Below, one piece after another: positions 16,055-30,194 of a stretch of DNA of 64,000 nucleotides. The stretch comes from Eledone cirrhosa (Eukaryota): NCBI GenBank assembly GCA_964016885.1, contig OZ024743.1, positions 94,984,001 to 95,048,000 on the forward strand, in the 5' to 3' direction. Position numbers and translations under genes: made by a program. A model generated the notes under the pieces. The model made no database searches, was not told the DNA's origin, and saw nothing but the letters and a program-made list of their open reading frames with translations. Position 1 is the stretch's first letter. Every line of letters begins with the position of its first letter.

Positions 16055-16247
16055 AAAGGCTATTGCCCGATATAGGTTTGTTATTTTTATTGATTTATTA
16101 CTTTAAATCGAGTCAGGTAAACCATATTGTTTATTTCAACCTAGCTAACTTGGTCATTTGCAATTGGAACACATGTATACTTATATATGTGTTCATCCCT
16201 CTCATATATCCAATTATATCTATCTATATCTCTCTCACACTCTCTCT

Positions 16248-16351
<104 letters not shown>

Positions 16352-16539
16352 ACGCAATTTTCCCCTTACTAATATGCCTGCCTGTATTTGCTTCATGTCT
16401 TTTACATTGCTCATTATTTCCTTCTGGTTCCCCCTTCACCATTTCTCCTTCCACTCTTTTCATCCTCACATTTCTTTCTTTTCACCCAGCTTCCTCCATT
16501 CATTAGTTATATTCACCTACCCTTCATTATATGTATTTT

Positions 16540-16800
16540 AAGGCATGTGGCTTAGTGGTTAGCGTGTTTGGACCAGTTTAGTAAGGTCGTGAGTTCGATT
16601 CCCCGTGACGCATTTTATTCCTGAGCAAGATACTTTATTTTACGTCTATTTCAGGTTGCCGTAGTCCACTCAGCTGGCAAAAATGAGTTGTATTTGCAAT
16701 TTAAAGAGCCAACCTTGTCAGACATTGTGTCACATTGAATCTCAATGAGATCTTTGTTCAGGGTATATATGTCCGTTGAATGTTCAACCTCTTACACATG
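16540..16800 (+). mobile_element. tRNA-derived SINE (family 2), diverged
   Basis: A box tggcttagtgg, B box gagttcgattc, then ctgagcaagatacttta core. Confidence 0.7.
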
Positions 16801-17035
16801 ATGAGTAGCATCTCCAACAGCAGCTTGGTAGTCAACCACTGGTCTTACTTTATGACTGCGACGATGACTTTCGAGTCCAGCTTTGCTTAGGCAGAGTCTC
16901 GCACAGACGCTGCATGTCAGCACCATAGGAGGACCCTCGCCGTCTGGAAGTGCAACAGCAATGCTCTTCCTCACATCCCGCTTTACTTTCTCGTATGCGA
17001 TTCGAGATGCCTCAAAGGCAACTTTTCCCTCATAC
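16800..17035 (-). pseudogene. RTE LINE C-terminal fragment with C2H2 finger
   Basis: AFEASRIAYEKVKRDVRK..CSVCARLCLSKAGLESHRRSH. Confidence 0.7.
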
Positions 17036-17569
17036 CGATATAAAAGACACAGAAGCGAAAAGCGAAAACCAATCAAACAGTGAGTGTGTTCTGTTATTAA
17101 TTCTGGCAATATTACACAAATATGACCCTCCCCAAGTATAACAATATATATATATATATATATATTTTTTTTTTCTCATGTAATGGCCATACTCGATAAC
17201 GAGGGGGCAGCCATCATCATGTATGTATGTATGTATGTATGTATGTATGTATGTATGTATGTATGTATGTATGTATGTACGTATGCCTGTGTGTGTATGT
17301 TCGTATGTATGTATATGTATACACCCACACCTTTCAACACCATTGCTTCTTTTTGTTGTCATTTCTGTTGAAGTTGTTCTTGTAACTGTTGTAAAAGTTG
17401 ACGTTGTCCTTATTTTCATTTTCTTTGATTTCTTTTGTTTTTCTTTTATCTCCCTAAGGGATTCATTGACAAGCTTCTTTTATATATTTTCTTCATATAC
17501 TTCATTCAAATGCATTCACACTTGGCTGTCTAAGAGACGTACACATATGACTTATAAAACTTACCAAAC

Positions 17570-17708
17570 TAAAGGGGCTTCCAGCGACCCCCAAATCTTC
17601 ACCCCACCCTAACGCCCCCTTGCTCCAAAATGTGCCCCCCCCCCCCCCTGGAGCTTCGAAACGCCTCCGGGAGGCATATGCCCCCCGTTGAGAACCTTTG
17701 TTCTAGAG
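17570..17708. mobile_element. Probable hAT-type MITE end
   Basis: Ends gttgagaacctttg followed by ttctagag (Charlie-like terminus and target). Confidence 0.35.
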
Positions 17709-17724
17709 TTACTAGTTACTCTAG

Positions 17725-18075
17725 AACTTATCTGCAAGACTTTCTGAATGTACTGGCCAAATATTCACTGGAGGCTGGCTTACACATCAACATCTCCAAA
17801 CAAAATGTATGACAACTGATAAAAACAATGCGAATCTCCAACTCACAATCTACAACCAGCAAATTGTTCAAGTTACCGAGTTTGTATATCTCTGTCACAA
17901 ACTATCATCAAACAGCAATGGAATAGTTGCTGCGCAGTATCGCATCGCTCTAGGTTGGGCAGCTTTCAATAAGAACAAGGAAGTACTAATATCGAAATGA
18001 GTTTCCTATCATTTGAAGGCTAAGACCTTCAATATTTACATCCTACCAGTTGTGTTATATGGTCTTGACTGTTAA
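17725..18075 (+). pseudogene. RTE LINE RT fragment
   Basis: GLHINISK..QVTEFVYL..RIALGWAAF..KAKTFNIYILPVVLYG, with frameshift and stop. Confidence 0.8.
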
Positions 18076-18153
18076 TTGGACGACAAGGTCACCTCAGAAG
18101 CTATCTACGCATGGATACGTACGACAACTTGACCGGAATGGCGATAATAGCCG

Positions 18154-18230
<77 letters not shown>

Positions 18231-18232
18231 AA

Positions 18233-18270
<38 letters not shown>

Positions 18271-18339
18271 AAGGTTTACATATATATATATATGATGTTG
18301 CCATATATATATATGATGTTTACATATATATATATATGT

Positions 18340-19566
18340 GATGTTGCCAACCTTTTCATGGTATGGTGGGAAAGGACCTTAAAGATCTCCTTAATGAAAG
18401 CTCCATAGACCTCATCATGTACTCTCGTTATGTAGACGATATCAATATAGTTATAAGAACACCCCCACTAGAGAGCACTAACAAGTTTGATTTAGAACGT
18501 AGCACGATGGAAAGCATCCAGCAGATAGCTAATTCCATACACCAGAGTATAACTGTAACTATCGACTTCCCTTCCAAACACCCTAACAATAGACTACCTG
18601 TATTAGACACAGAACTCTGGATTAACACTATAGACGAGAGAGCCGAAATTCTCCACTCACACTATGCTAAACCCATGGCCTCCAAATACCTGATACTCAA
18701 AAACTCAGCAATGTCCAGTAGTGCTAAGTTTAATATTCTGATCGCAGATTTGGTACGAGTGATGAAGAATATGTCCCGCATGTGCGACCCAACAGAAATG
18801 GAAAGACACATCCAACACTTCATCAACCGCATGCAGTTCTCTGGTTACAACCAAAGAGACAGAGTCAGAGTATACGAAGGAGCCATGGAAAAGTATAAGA
18901 CCCTCATAGAACTGGACATGAAAGGAATTTGCCCATTATACAGGAGCAAATCATGGAATAGCTTAGATAGGGCTAGACATAAGATAGGGAAAGCCACCTC
19001 ATGGTACGACAACCAGAGCTAGCAGAGTGTCATGTTTTGTGGACGCCACCCCTGGAGGGAAATTAGCTAACCAGTGTAGAAAGGCCCTGAGAAAGACCCA
19101 CTTAAAAATAAAGGTGGTAGAAAAGCCAGGAACCACCATAAAATCCCTGATCAGCAAAACCTACCCTTTTAAGAAAACCTACTGTACCAATAGGAAATGT
19201 ATCATATGTAAGGTGAACCCCCGGAAAAACTGTAAAACTAGAAACGTAGTCTATAGCATAAGATGTACAGAGGGTACTTGCAGAAACATGACAACAACAT
19301 ACATAGGTGAGACAGCTCGTAGCATAGGTGAAAGGATAGACCAACACTGGGGGGAACTAAAAGGACGAAAAAACGGGTCAGTACTATACGAACATGCTAA
19401 ACAACAACATGACGGTAACATAGACAACATAGGAATTAGAATAATATCTAAACATAGAAATGACCCAGCAGATAGGCAAATCAGAGAGGCCAGTGAAATA
19501 GAAATTAGAAGACCAAAGCTAAACAGAAAGAATGAATGGAATAACAACAACACCCAACACAAATAA
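18340..19566 (+). pseudogene. Second copy of the 451-1371 PLE, longer at the 5' end, frameshifted
   Basis: VANLFM..YSRYVDD..LPVLD, then near-identical to 457-1340. Frameshifts near 18370 and 19020-19040. 3' UTR runs to about 20075. Confidence 0.9.
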
Positions 19567-19832
19567 CACTGACCTAAGAGAACTATAAATAAGTAAATAA
19601 AATAAGATAAATAAATAAATAAATACATACACAAGCACAATAACAACAAGCACATAAACACACACTAGTCACCCATCACACAGCAAACATAACACTATAC
19701 ACACACGCAAACGCATGCGCAAAGAAGACAAAATAAAATAAACAAACAAGCAAATAAATAAATAAATAAATATATAGACAGACTGAATAAAAATGGCGTA
19801 GACATACAACACAGCAGGAGGAAAATATAACA

Positions 19833-19872
19833 CCACTGACGATGTTGCAGATGTGCAACGAAAGATTTATGA
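19833..19872 (+). ncRNA. Minimal hammerhead in PLE 3' UTR (paralogue of 1631)
   Basis: cca CTGACGA tgttgcagatgtgcaac GAAA gatt TA tg. Confidence 0.65.
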
Positions 19873-20134
19873 TAAACTATATATATGTGTTTGTGTCTAT
19901 ATTGTATCTGTATTATTTTTTGACCGGCGGTCAGTCAATGGCAACATTGAGGACCGAGTAAGTTAGATTACCGATATAAAAGACAGCGAGAAGCGAAAAC
20001 CAACCAAACAGTGAGTGTGTTCTGTTATTAATTCTGGAAATATTACACAAATATGACCCTCCCCAAGTATAACCTTTTATATATATATATATATATATAT
20101 ATACAAATGTATATATATATATACATATATATAC

Positions 20135-20334
<200 letters not shown>

Positions 20335-20611
20335 TTGTATATAAACGGAAAAAATGTAATGAAATTTCATTTCTCAGTCTTAGTACGGCTGTTACTTAAA
20401 TATAAGTATGTATACGTACATACATATATATATATATATACAGAAGTACAGTAGTATGTATATATATACATACATGCACACATATATATACGTACGTATG
20501 GATTCACCGAACATTTATTATAATGCTCGGTGTGTTTGTAAACAAACATCCCGAATCAAGTCCTAGTGTCTAGCAACCATCGTTGCTCATTTGTTCAACA
20601 CTGACAAAGGA

Positions 20612-20654
20612 ACGCTGGACTAGTTTCAAGCTTATTAGCTATCGTCAGCAACGT
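20612..20654 (-). ncRNA. Minimal type I hammerhead ribozyme
   Basis: acgttg CTGACGA tagctaataagctt GAAA ctag TC cagcgt. Confidence 0.88.
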
Positions 20655-20992
20655 ATACCTTCCTGCCAGATGATTGAACGTCTGAACGTATATATTTTCC
20701 TTATGCATATTAACGGCTGAGCAGCCTAACTTGCATATCGAGTGAGTTAATAGGCCGGGCGCACCGAAAACGATAAACGGAAAAAATGAAACAAGATTTC
20801 ATTTCTCACTCTTAGTACGGCTGTTACTTAAATATAAGTATGTATACGTACATACATATATGTATACAGACGTACAGTACTATGTATATATATATATATA
20901 TATACATACATGCACACGTAGGCTGCTCAGCCGTTAATATGCATAAGGAAAGTATATACTTTCAGACGTTCAATCATCTGGCAGGAAGGTAT

Positions 20993-21035
20993 ACGTTGCT
21001 GACGATAGCTAATAAGCTTGAAACTAGTACAACGT
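20993..21035 (+). ncRNA. Minimal type I hammerhead ribozyme
   Basis: acgttg CTGACGA tagctaataagctt GAAA ctag TA caacgt. Confidence 0.9.
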
Positions 21036-21330
21036 TCCTTTGTCAGTGTTGAACATTTGTGTATTTACATGTAGGTATGTGTGTGCGCTTGTTATATACG
21101 TATTTATTTATTTATATACGTTTAATTTAATTATTTGTATAAACGCACACACACACACATATTTATATGTGCGTGTATTTGTTTACCTATGGCGAGTGTT
21201 TTCGCGTATGCTTGTGTATGTACGTATATGGATGCGTGTATGTATTTATTTAATTTCAATTACCTCTGTATTTTATTTACTTTATTCTTAACTCTGAAGC
21301 CGAGTGTCATTCGGTTTCCTAGTTAGAAGT

Positions 21331-21700
21331 TTAGTCTACGACTTCAGTTATACCATTTACGTGGTTTTGTCTTTGCGTGCAATTGTTCTCCACGCTACAC
21401 ATATGACGTATTATCTTCGTTTTTTTCGTTCATTGCCAGAGAACGTCTCTATGAACCACCTAAGAGAACATTAGTCTACGACCTCTTTTATACCATAAAC
21501 GTGGTTTTGTCTTTGCGTGTAATTGTTTTTCACCGCTCCAAATAATGACGTATTATATTCGTTTTTTCCCGTTCTTTGCGAGGGAATGTTTCCACGAACC
21601 AAAGTATCGTCTTCCTGTCTTCCTCCAGTTGCAACGCTTTTTGAAATATTCACTTCTGCGTTCACAGATTGACTTTGTTAGTTTCAGAAGATCCCGTTAA
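21331..21700 (+). repeat. Unclassified repeat with a ~140-bp internal duplication; further copy at about 60010-60200
   Basis: ttagtctacgac..tatacca..gtggttttgtctttgcgtg at 21331, 21471 and (diverged) 60010. Confidence 0.6.
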
Positions 21701-21806
21701 GAGTGAAAGCAGCGATTCTTTGCTTAAACTTTAATCTGTTATTTTAATAAATATTTGCTCTACGGTTCTTATATATTTGGATTTTAGTTTTCAAATTTAT
21801 TATTAT

Positions 21807-21851
<45 letters not shown>

Positions 21852-22049
21852 GAGGTTATATTTAATTTGTTGGGATACAACAACAAAATATTTTTATAAC
21901 TGATATAAAGCACTCAACACTCAACTGGTGGCCCTTGAAATATGTATAATGAAATAAATATGGTTTTATAAATATAGTTTCCACGCACCAGTTGCGTTCA
22001 CTGGTGCGTGTGTTTCTTATTGGCAACATGACCCTCCCAAAGTATAACA

Positions 22050-24856
<2,807 letters not shown>

Positions 24857-24894
24857 AGAAAGATTTGAATGGATACAGTTTAGTTGAAAGTAAT

Positions 24895-25011
24895 TTATTG
24901 ACACGTGTTTCTATAACAGTTACATAACCTAAAACAGCTATCTACAAACTTTTAGTTATGCAGACATTCAATATTTCAATGTTATTATTTACTGTCATTT
25001 CATCAGAATAA
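24895..25011 (-). ncRNA. Hammerhead with extended stem II
   Basis: Reverse-complement copy of 29201-29317. Confidence 0.65.
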
Positions 25012-25663
25012 TATTACTGAGGACCTATTTAGTTTTTATAGAGAATATTAGGAGGGAGGGGTGAAGTTGTTAGAAGAATAGTTGAAGGAGTTTTAGTTTT
25101 TATAGAGAATATTAGGAGGGAGGGGTGAAGTTGTTAGAAGAATAGTTGAAGGAGTGGTTTTTCGATAGCAGTGAGAATTCTTGGTGGCAGTGAGTAATTA
25201 GATTCCCATCTGTTGTTTTGACATTTTTTATAGAATATATTATTGGTTATTTTTCTAAATCTATAGAAGGATTAGAGATAGTAAAGATATGCGTGGTTGG
25301 TTTTGTGTTTGCACTTAATTAACATTCAGACTTAAATTTTTCTTTCAAGTGTACGTATCCTTTCACCCACGCATTCACACACAAATATATTTGCACACCT
25401 CTACAAAATACATATACTCACAATTCACATATTCATACTTACATATATATACACATGCATACACATATATATACACACATGTATTCATGTACATACATAC
25501 GCGCTCATGTGTATACATTTTCATACTCAACTTATCTTTATATACACACGTATAGACACACACATATATACATACATACTCTAGTCCATGTGTACACACA
25601 TACACATACTTACACATCCATATACACATATATACATACACATATATATATATATACATATAC

Positions 25664-25698
<35 letters not shown>

Positions 25699-26021
25699 CA
25701 TATATACATATATATACATATACACATATATACATATATATATATATATATAAGCACTTTAATACATGAATACACTTACATCTAACTATACACATCAAAC
25801 ATATATATATATTTACTTATTTATATACATTTTCACATATATATACATACTTATGGACGTTTTTAGACACATTCATTATCGCATATTTGTACCTATTCTC
25901 ATCAGCATATCTTTTCATTATTAGTATGGTAATTTAAGGTTATTAATATATGTTGAGAAGAGATTGTTTTTATATTTTTCTAACTAGATTAAGGTTTATA
26001 TAGTTGGGGGATGTCCCTCTT

Positions 26022-27890
26022 TTATGTAATATTCGGCTTGTAGTGGGAAAAAAGGGTTTTAGTTCTGTGACGGCAGAATAATGTTCGTTCAATTCTGTTA
26101 TTCAGCAGTTTCTTCTTGTGTGTGATTATGTAATAAATCTCAAGATTACACAATTTGCAGAAATTTTGGCTCCTGGAAAAGCTTTGGGTTTTAGCTAATT
26201 TTTCCCATTTTAGGGTAAACTTTTGGTCGCTATCCCTGAGCGTCCAAGCTTTTTCTGCTAAAGTTGTTACATTTCTTTGGCTCTGGTGTTTTATTGAGTA
26301 AGAATGCCTATACAATCGAGATTTAAACGATGTTGCCGTTGATCCCACGTAATACCACTCGTTGCCTCCGGATTTAATGGTACACTTATAAATAATATTT
26401 TTTTCCAGGCAGTTATTGCCAAGGGGGCAGTTGTCAGGATAGGTGCAGTTACAGTTGTGTACGTTGGGTTTTCTCTGGAGTAGTATTGCGGACGAACTTA
26501 GGTGTGGTTTATTTATGTTCTGTAGTGTATTGTCTACTGTTTTTTTTGTGTTCTTTGTACTTAAGTTCTTAGTGTTTTCGTTTAACCTTCTAGTACTGAT
26601 CTTTTTTATGTGTTGTTCAAGGTTTAACGCTGTAGAGTATGACAGTCTTATAGTGGTAGGGTTTAGGATTTTGTGGTATTTGTGTGATGTGGGAAAATGT
26701 CTTTTAATTATTTTAAAGAAGAGTACTGGTAAATTTGTACTAATGGAGCTATTGTATTCGGGGTTATACCATAAGTACTCTTTGCATCGCTTTCTATTAG
26801 TTTTGTTTGTTGGTTTACTGGTGTGCATACTATGGTAGTAAGTGTGGTTTGGTGTTGTGTTATTATATCTACTTATGTGGGATTTATTTTGGGTGTTTTG
26901 ATTGTTCCCATCTATGTACTCTATTTTGTTGAGGTAGCCTGCTTTACTAAGGGCGTTAGGTTTAATCAAACCAGAGTTTAAATTGAGTGTGACATCCAGG
27001 AAGTTAACTACTTTAAGGTTGTATTCATATGTTATAGTTAGTCCTATTTCGAGTAGTAGTTTTCTTATATCTTTGCGTAGTTTTTCTAGTTTTTGGTTAT
27101 TAAGGTTTTTAGCTAGGAGGAGAACATCGTCGCGGTATATTCCGCCGTGGAGATTGCTGAATTTTTCCTGGAGTCTAAAGGCGATAAATAACCCCACAAT
27201 ATCAGTTATTTCCGCCGAATCGTTAGAGCCCATTGTTATGTCAAAGTTAGAGGGTCTATCTTTACGTACCCAATAACTGTTCTCAAATTTGACTATAGTT
27301 TTCCTAGCTTCTAATATAATCTTAATTTCATCGTTTGTAAGGTCAGAGTTATCCTTAGCAAACTTAATGGCTCTATTCAAAGTTTCAGGTGATATCGATG
27401 AGTAATATTCATCGATATCAAACTGGATAAACTTAGATTTATTCTTATTGCTAATGCTATTAAACCATCTTATTGCTTCTTGGGTCTTCCCCCAGAGTTT
27501 AATGTTAACCTTAGCCTTAATTTGGGGGATGATTCTATCTAAGATATATTTGCTTATTTTACCTATATCTGATTTAGAGGGGCAGATTAATCTAATTTTA
27601 GGGTCATTATCAAAGTTTACCTTGTGGTCCTTAAGATTGAAGGTGGGTACCGCCGGTAAGAGTGGTCCTGTCCTATCTTCGATTCCGAGATTTTTCACTA
27701 TTTCGCATGCCTCATCATTGATTTGCTTAAGGGTTACTTCACTCGTTTTTCTATATTTTTTATGTAATTCTTTTCGAATGAAGTTGTTGTATGTAGTGCA
27801 ATCCATAGTGTACAGGTTTGATGTTTTGTCCGCTTTTACTACAATTCCTTTGGTGTTTTTAAGGTCGTCCAGTAGTTTTTTTATATCTTT
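26022..27890 (-). CDS. PLE RT + GIY-YIG ORF (Hydra-clade-like) with an in-frame thumb deletion; Met at 27806, frame open upstream
   Basis: VVKADKTSNLY, FIQFDIDEYYSSI, FDITMGSNDSA, GIYRDD, VNFLDVTLNL, CNC..CPL..NIIY..YVGST..CKLC..CRH. Confidence 0.88.
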   Translation of the reverse strand, partial: KDIKKLLDDLKNTKGIVVKADKTSNLYTMDCTTYNNFIRKELHKKYRKTSEVTLKQINDEACEIVKNLGIEDRTGPLLPAVPTFNLKDHKVNFDNDPKIRLICPSKSDIGKISKYILDRIIPQIKAKVNIKLWGKTQEAIRWFNSISNKNKSKFIQFDIDEYYSSISPETLNRAIKFAKDNSDLTNDEIKIILEARKTIVKFENSYWVRKDRPSNFDITMGSNDSAEITDIVGLFIAFRLQEKFSNLHGGIYRDDVLLLAKNLNNQKLEKLRKDIRKLLLEIGLTITYEYNLKVVNFLDVTLNLNSGLIKPNALSKAGYLNKIEYIDGNNQNTQNKSHISRYNNTTPNHTYYHSMHTSKPTNKTNRKRCKEYLWYNPEYNSSISTNLPVLFFKIIKRHFPTSHKYHKILNPTTIRLSYSTALNLEQHIKKISTRRLNENTKNLSTKNTKKTVDNTLQNINKPHLSSSAILLQRKPNVHNCNCTYPDNCPLGNNCLEKNIIYKCTIKSGGNEWYYVGSTATSFKSRLYRHSYSIKHQSQRNVTTLAEKAWTLRDSDQKFTLKWEKLAKTQSFSRSQNFCKLCNLEIYYIITHKKKLLNNRIERTLFCRHRTKTLFSHYKPNIT

Positions 27891-28256
27891 AAGTGTACCA
27901 TTAAATCCGGAGGCAACGAGTGGTATTACGTGGGATCAACGGCAACATCGTTTAAATCTCGATTGTATAGGCATTCTTACTCAATAAAACACCAGAGCCA
28001 AAGAAATGTAACAACTTTAGCAGAAAAAGCTTGGACGCTCAGGGATAGCGACCAAAAGTTTACCCTAAAATGGGAAAAATTAGCTAAAACCCAAAGCTTT
28101 TCCAGGAGCCAAAATTTCTGCAAATTGTGTAATCTTGAGATTTATTACATAATCACACACAAGAAGAAACTGCTGAATAACAGAATTGAACGAACATTAT
28201 TCTGCCGTCACAGAACTAAAACCCTTTTTTCCCACTACAAGCCGAATATTACATAA
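27890..28256 (+). pseudogene. Inverted duplicate of the GIY-YIG C-terminus
   Basis: Identical peptide GSTATSFKSRLY...HYKPNIT. Confidence 0.9.
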
Positions 28257-28577
28257 AAGAGGGACATCCCCCAACTATATAAACCTTAATCTAGTTAGAA
28301 AAATATAAAAACAATCTCTTCTCAACATATATTAATAACCTTAAATTACCATACTAATAATGAAAAGATATGCTGATGAGAATAGGTACAAATATGCGAT
28401 AATGAATGTGTCTAAAAACGTCCATAAGTATGTATATATATGTGAAAATGTATATAAATAAGTAAATATATATATATGTTTGATGTGTATAGTTAGATGT
28501 AAGTGTATTCATGTATTAAAGTGCTTATATATATATATATATGTATATATGTGTATATGTATATATATGTATATATG

Positions 28578-28610
<33 letters not shown>

Positions 28611-29200
28611 GTGTATATGTATATATATATATATGTGTATGTATATATGTGTATATGGATGTGTAAGTATGTGTATGTGTGTACACATGGACTAGAGTAT
28701 GTATGTATATATGTGTGTGTCTATACGTGTGTATATAAAGATAAGTTGAGTATGAAAATGTATACACATGAGCGCGTATGTATGTACATGAATACATGTG
28801 TGTATATATATGTGTATGCATGTGTATATATATGTAAGTATGAATATGTGAATTGTGAGTATATGTATTTTGTAGAGGTGTGCAAATATATTTGTGTGTG
28901 AATGCGTGGGTGAAAGGATACGTACACTTGAAAGAAAAATTTAAGTCTGAATGTTAATTAAGTGCAAACACAAAACCAACCACGCATATCTTTACTATCT
29001 CTAATCCTTCTATAGATTTAGAAAAATAACCAATAATATATTCTATAAAAAATGTCAAAACAACAGATGGGAATCTAATTACTCACTGCCACCAAGAATT
29101 CTCACTGCTATCGAAAAACCACTCCTTCAACTATTCTTCTAACAACTTCACCCCTCCCTCCTAATATTCTCTATAAAAACTAAATAGGTCCTCAGTAATA

Positions 29201-29317
29201 TTATTCTGATGAAATGACAGTAAATAATAACATTGAAATATTGAATGTCTGCATAACTAAAAGTTTGTAGATAGCTGTTTTAGGTTATGTAACTGTTATA
29301 GAAACACGTGTCAATAA
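29201..29317 (+). ncRNA. Hammerhead with extended stem II (about 70-nt loop)
   Basis: ttatt CTGATGA a-atgacagt...actgttat-a GAAA cacgtg TC aataa. Confidence 0.65.
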
Positions 29318-29587
29318 ATTACTTTCAACTAAACTGTATCCATTCAAATCTTTCTATTTTTCTCCGGATTACTTTTGGAACTACAACTGGAACCGTCGAG
29401 CAAACTCTACGTGAGCTGATAATCTACTGTGTGTAATATTTATATTACAACACAACGGAAAATACTGTATATATATTTATATATATATATATTTATATAT
29501 ATATATATTTATATATACATATATTTATATATATATATATTTATATATATATATAGCTATATATATATATATATTTATATATATAGC

Positions 29588-29618
<31 letters not shown>

Positions 29619-29695
29619 ATTTATATATATATATATTTATATATATCTATATTTATATATATATATATTTATATATATATATTTATATATATATA

Positions 29696-29740
<45 letters not shown>

Positions 29741-29767
29741 ATTTATATATTTATATATATATATATT

Positions 29768-29802
<35 letters not shown>

Positions 29803-29885
29803 ATTTATATATATATATATTTATATATATATATATTTATATATATATATATTTATATATATATATATTTATATATATATATATT

Positions 29886-29920
<35 letters not shown>

Positions 29921-29983
29921 ATTTATATATATATATATTTATATATATATATATTTATATATATATATATTTATATATATATA

Positions 29984-30040
<57 letters not shown>

Positions 30041-30194
30041 ATTTATATATATATATATTTATATATATATATATTTATATATATATATATTTATATATAT
30101 ATATATTTATATATATATATATTTTTATATATATATATATTTATATATATATAATAAATATATATATAAATACGGAATATATATATATATATAA

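Larger units (their letters stand above)
20341..21055. mobile_element. Retrozyme family A, diverged subfamily: about 1.3 units on minus (period ~432) plus an inverted partial unit
   Basis: Homologous to the 476-bp unit. Strand switch at about 20918. Confidence 0.8.
24857..29468. mobile_element. PLE insertion: minus-strand element plus an inverted 3' duplicate (about 1.5-kb inverted repeat)
   Basis: 27890-29357 is the near-exact reverse complement of 24857-26388. (TA)n on both flanks. Confidence 0.92.

Noticed and set aside
19010-19045. Possible programmed readthrough or selenocysteine in the PLE ORF
   Set aside because: Comparison with the 451-1371 copy shows simple indels, and the stop is TAG, not TGA.
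26443-27987. Antisense ORFs over PLE coding regions
   Set aside because: Shadow frames of A-rich PLE ORFs with no independent motifs.
28368-28410. CTGATGA in the PLE 3' UTR
   Set aside because: No matching GAAA or stems nearby. The same holds for CTGATGA at about 37406, 37874 and 46237.
29206-29248. Alternative compact HHR using the first GAAA at about 29235
   Set aside because: It gives a disallowed UG cleavage site or a poor stem I. The distal GAAA-CACGTG-TC fits better.
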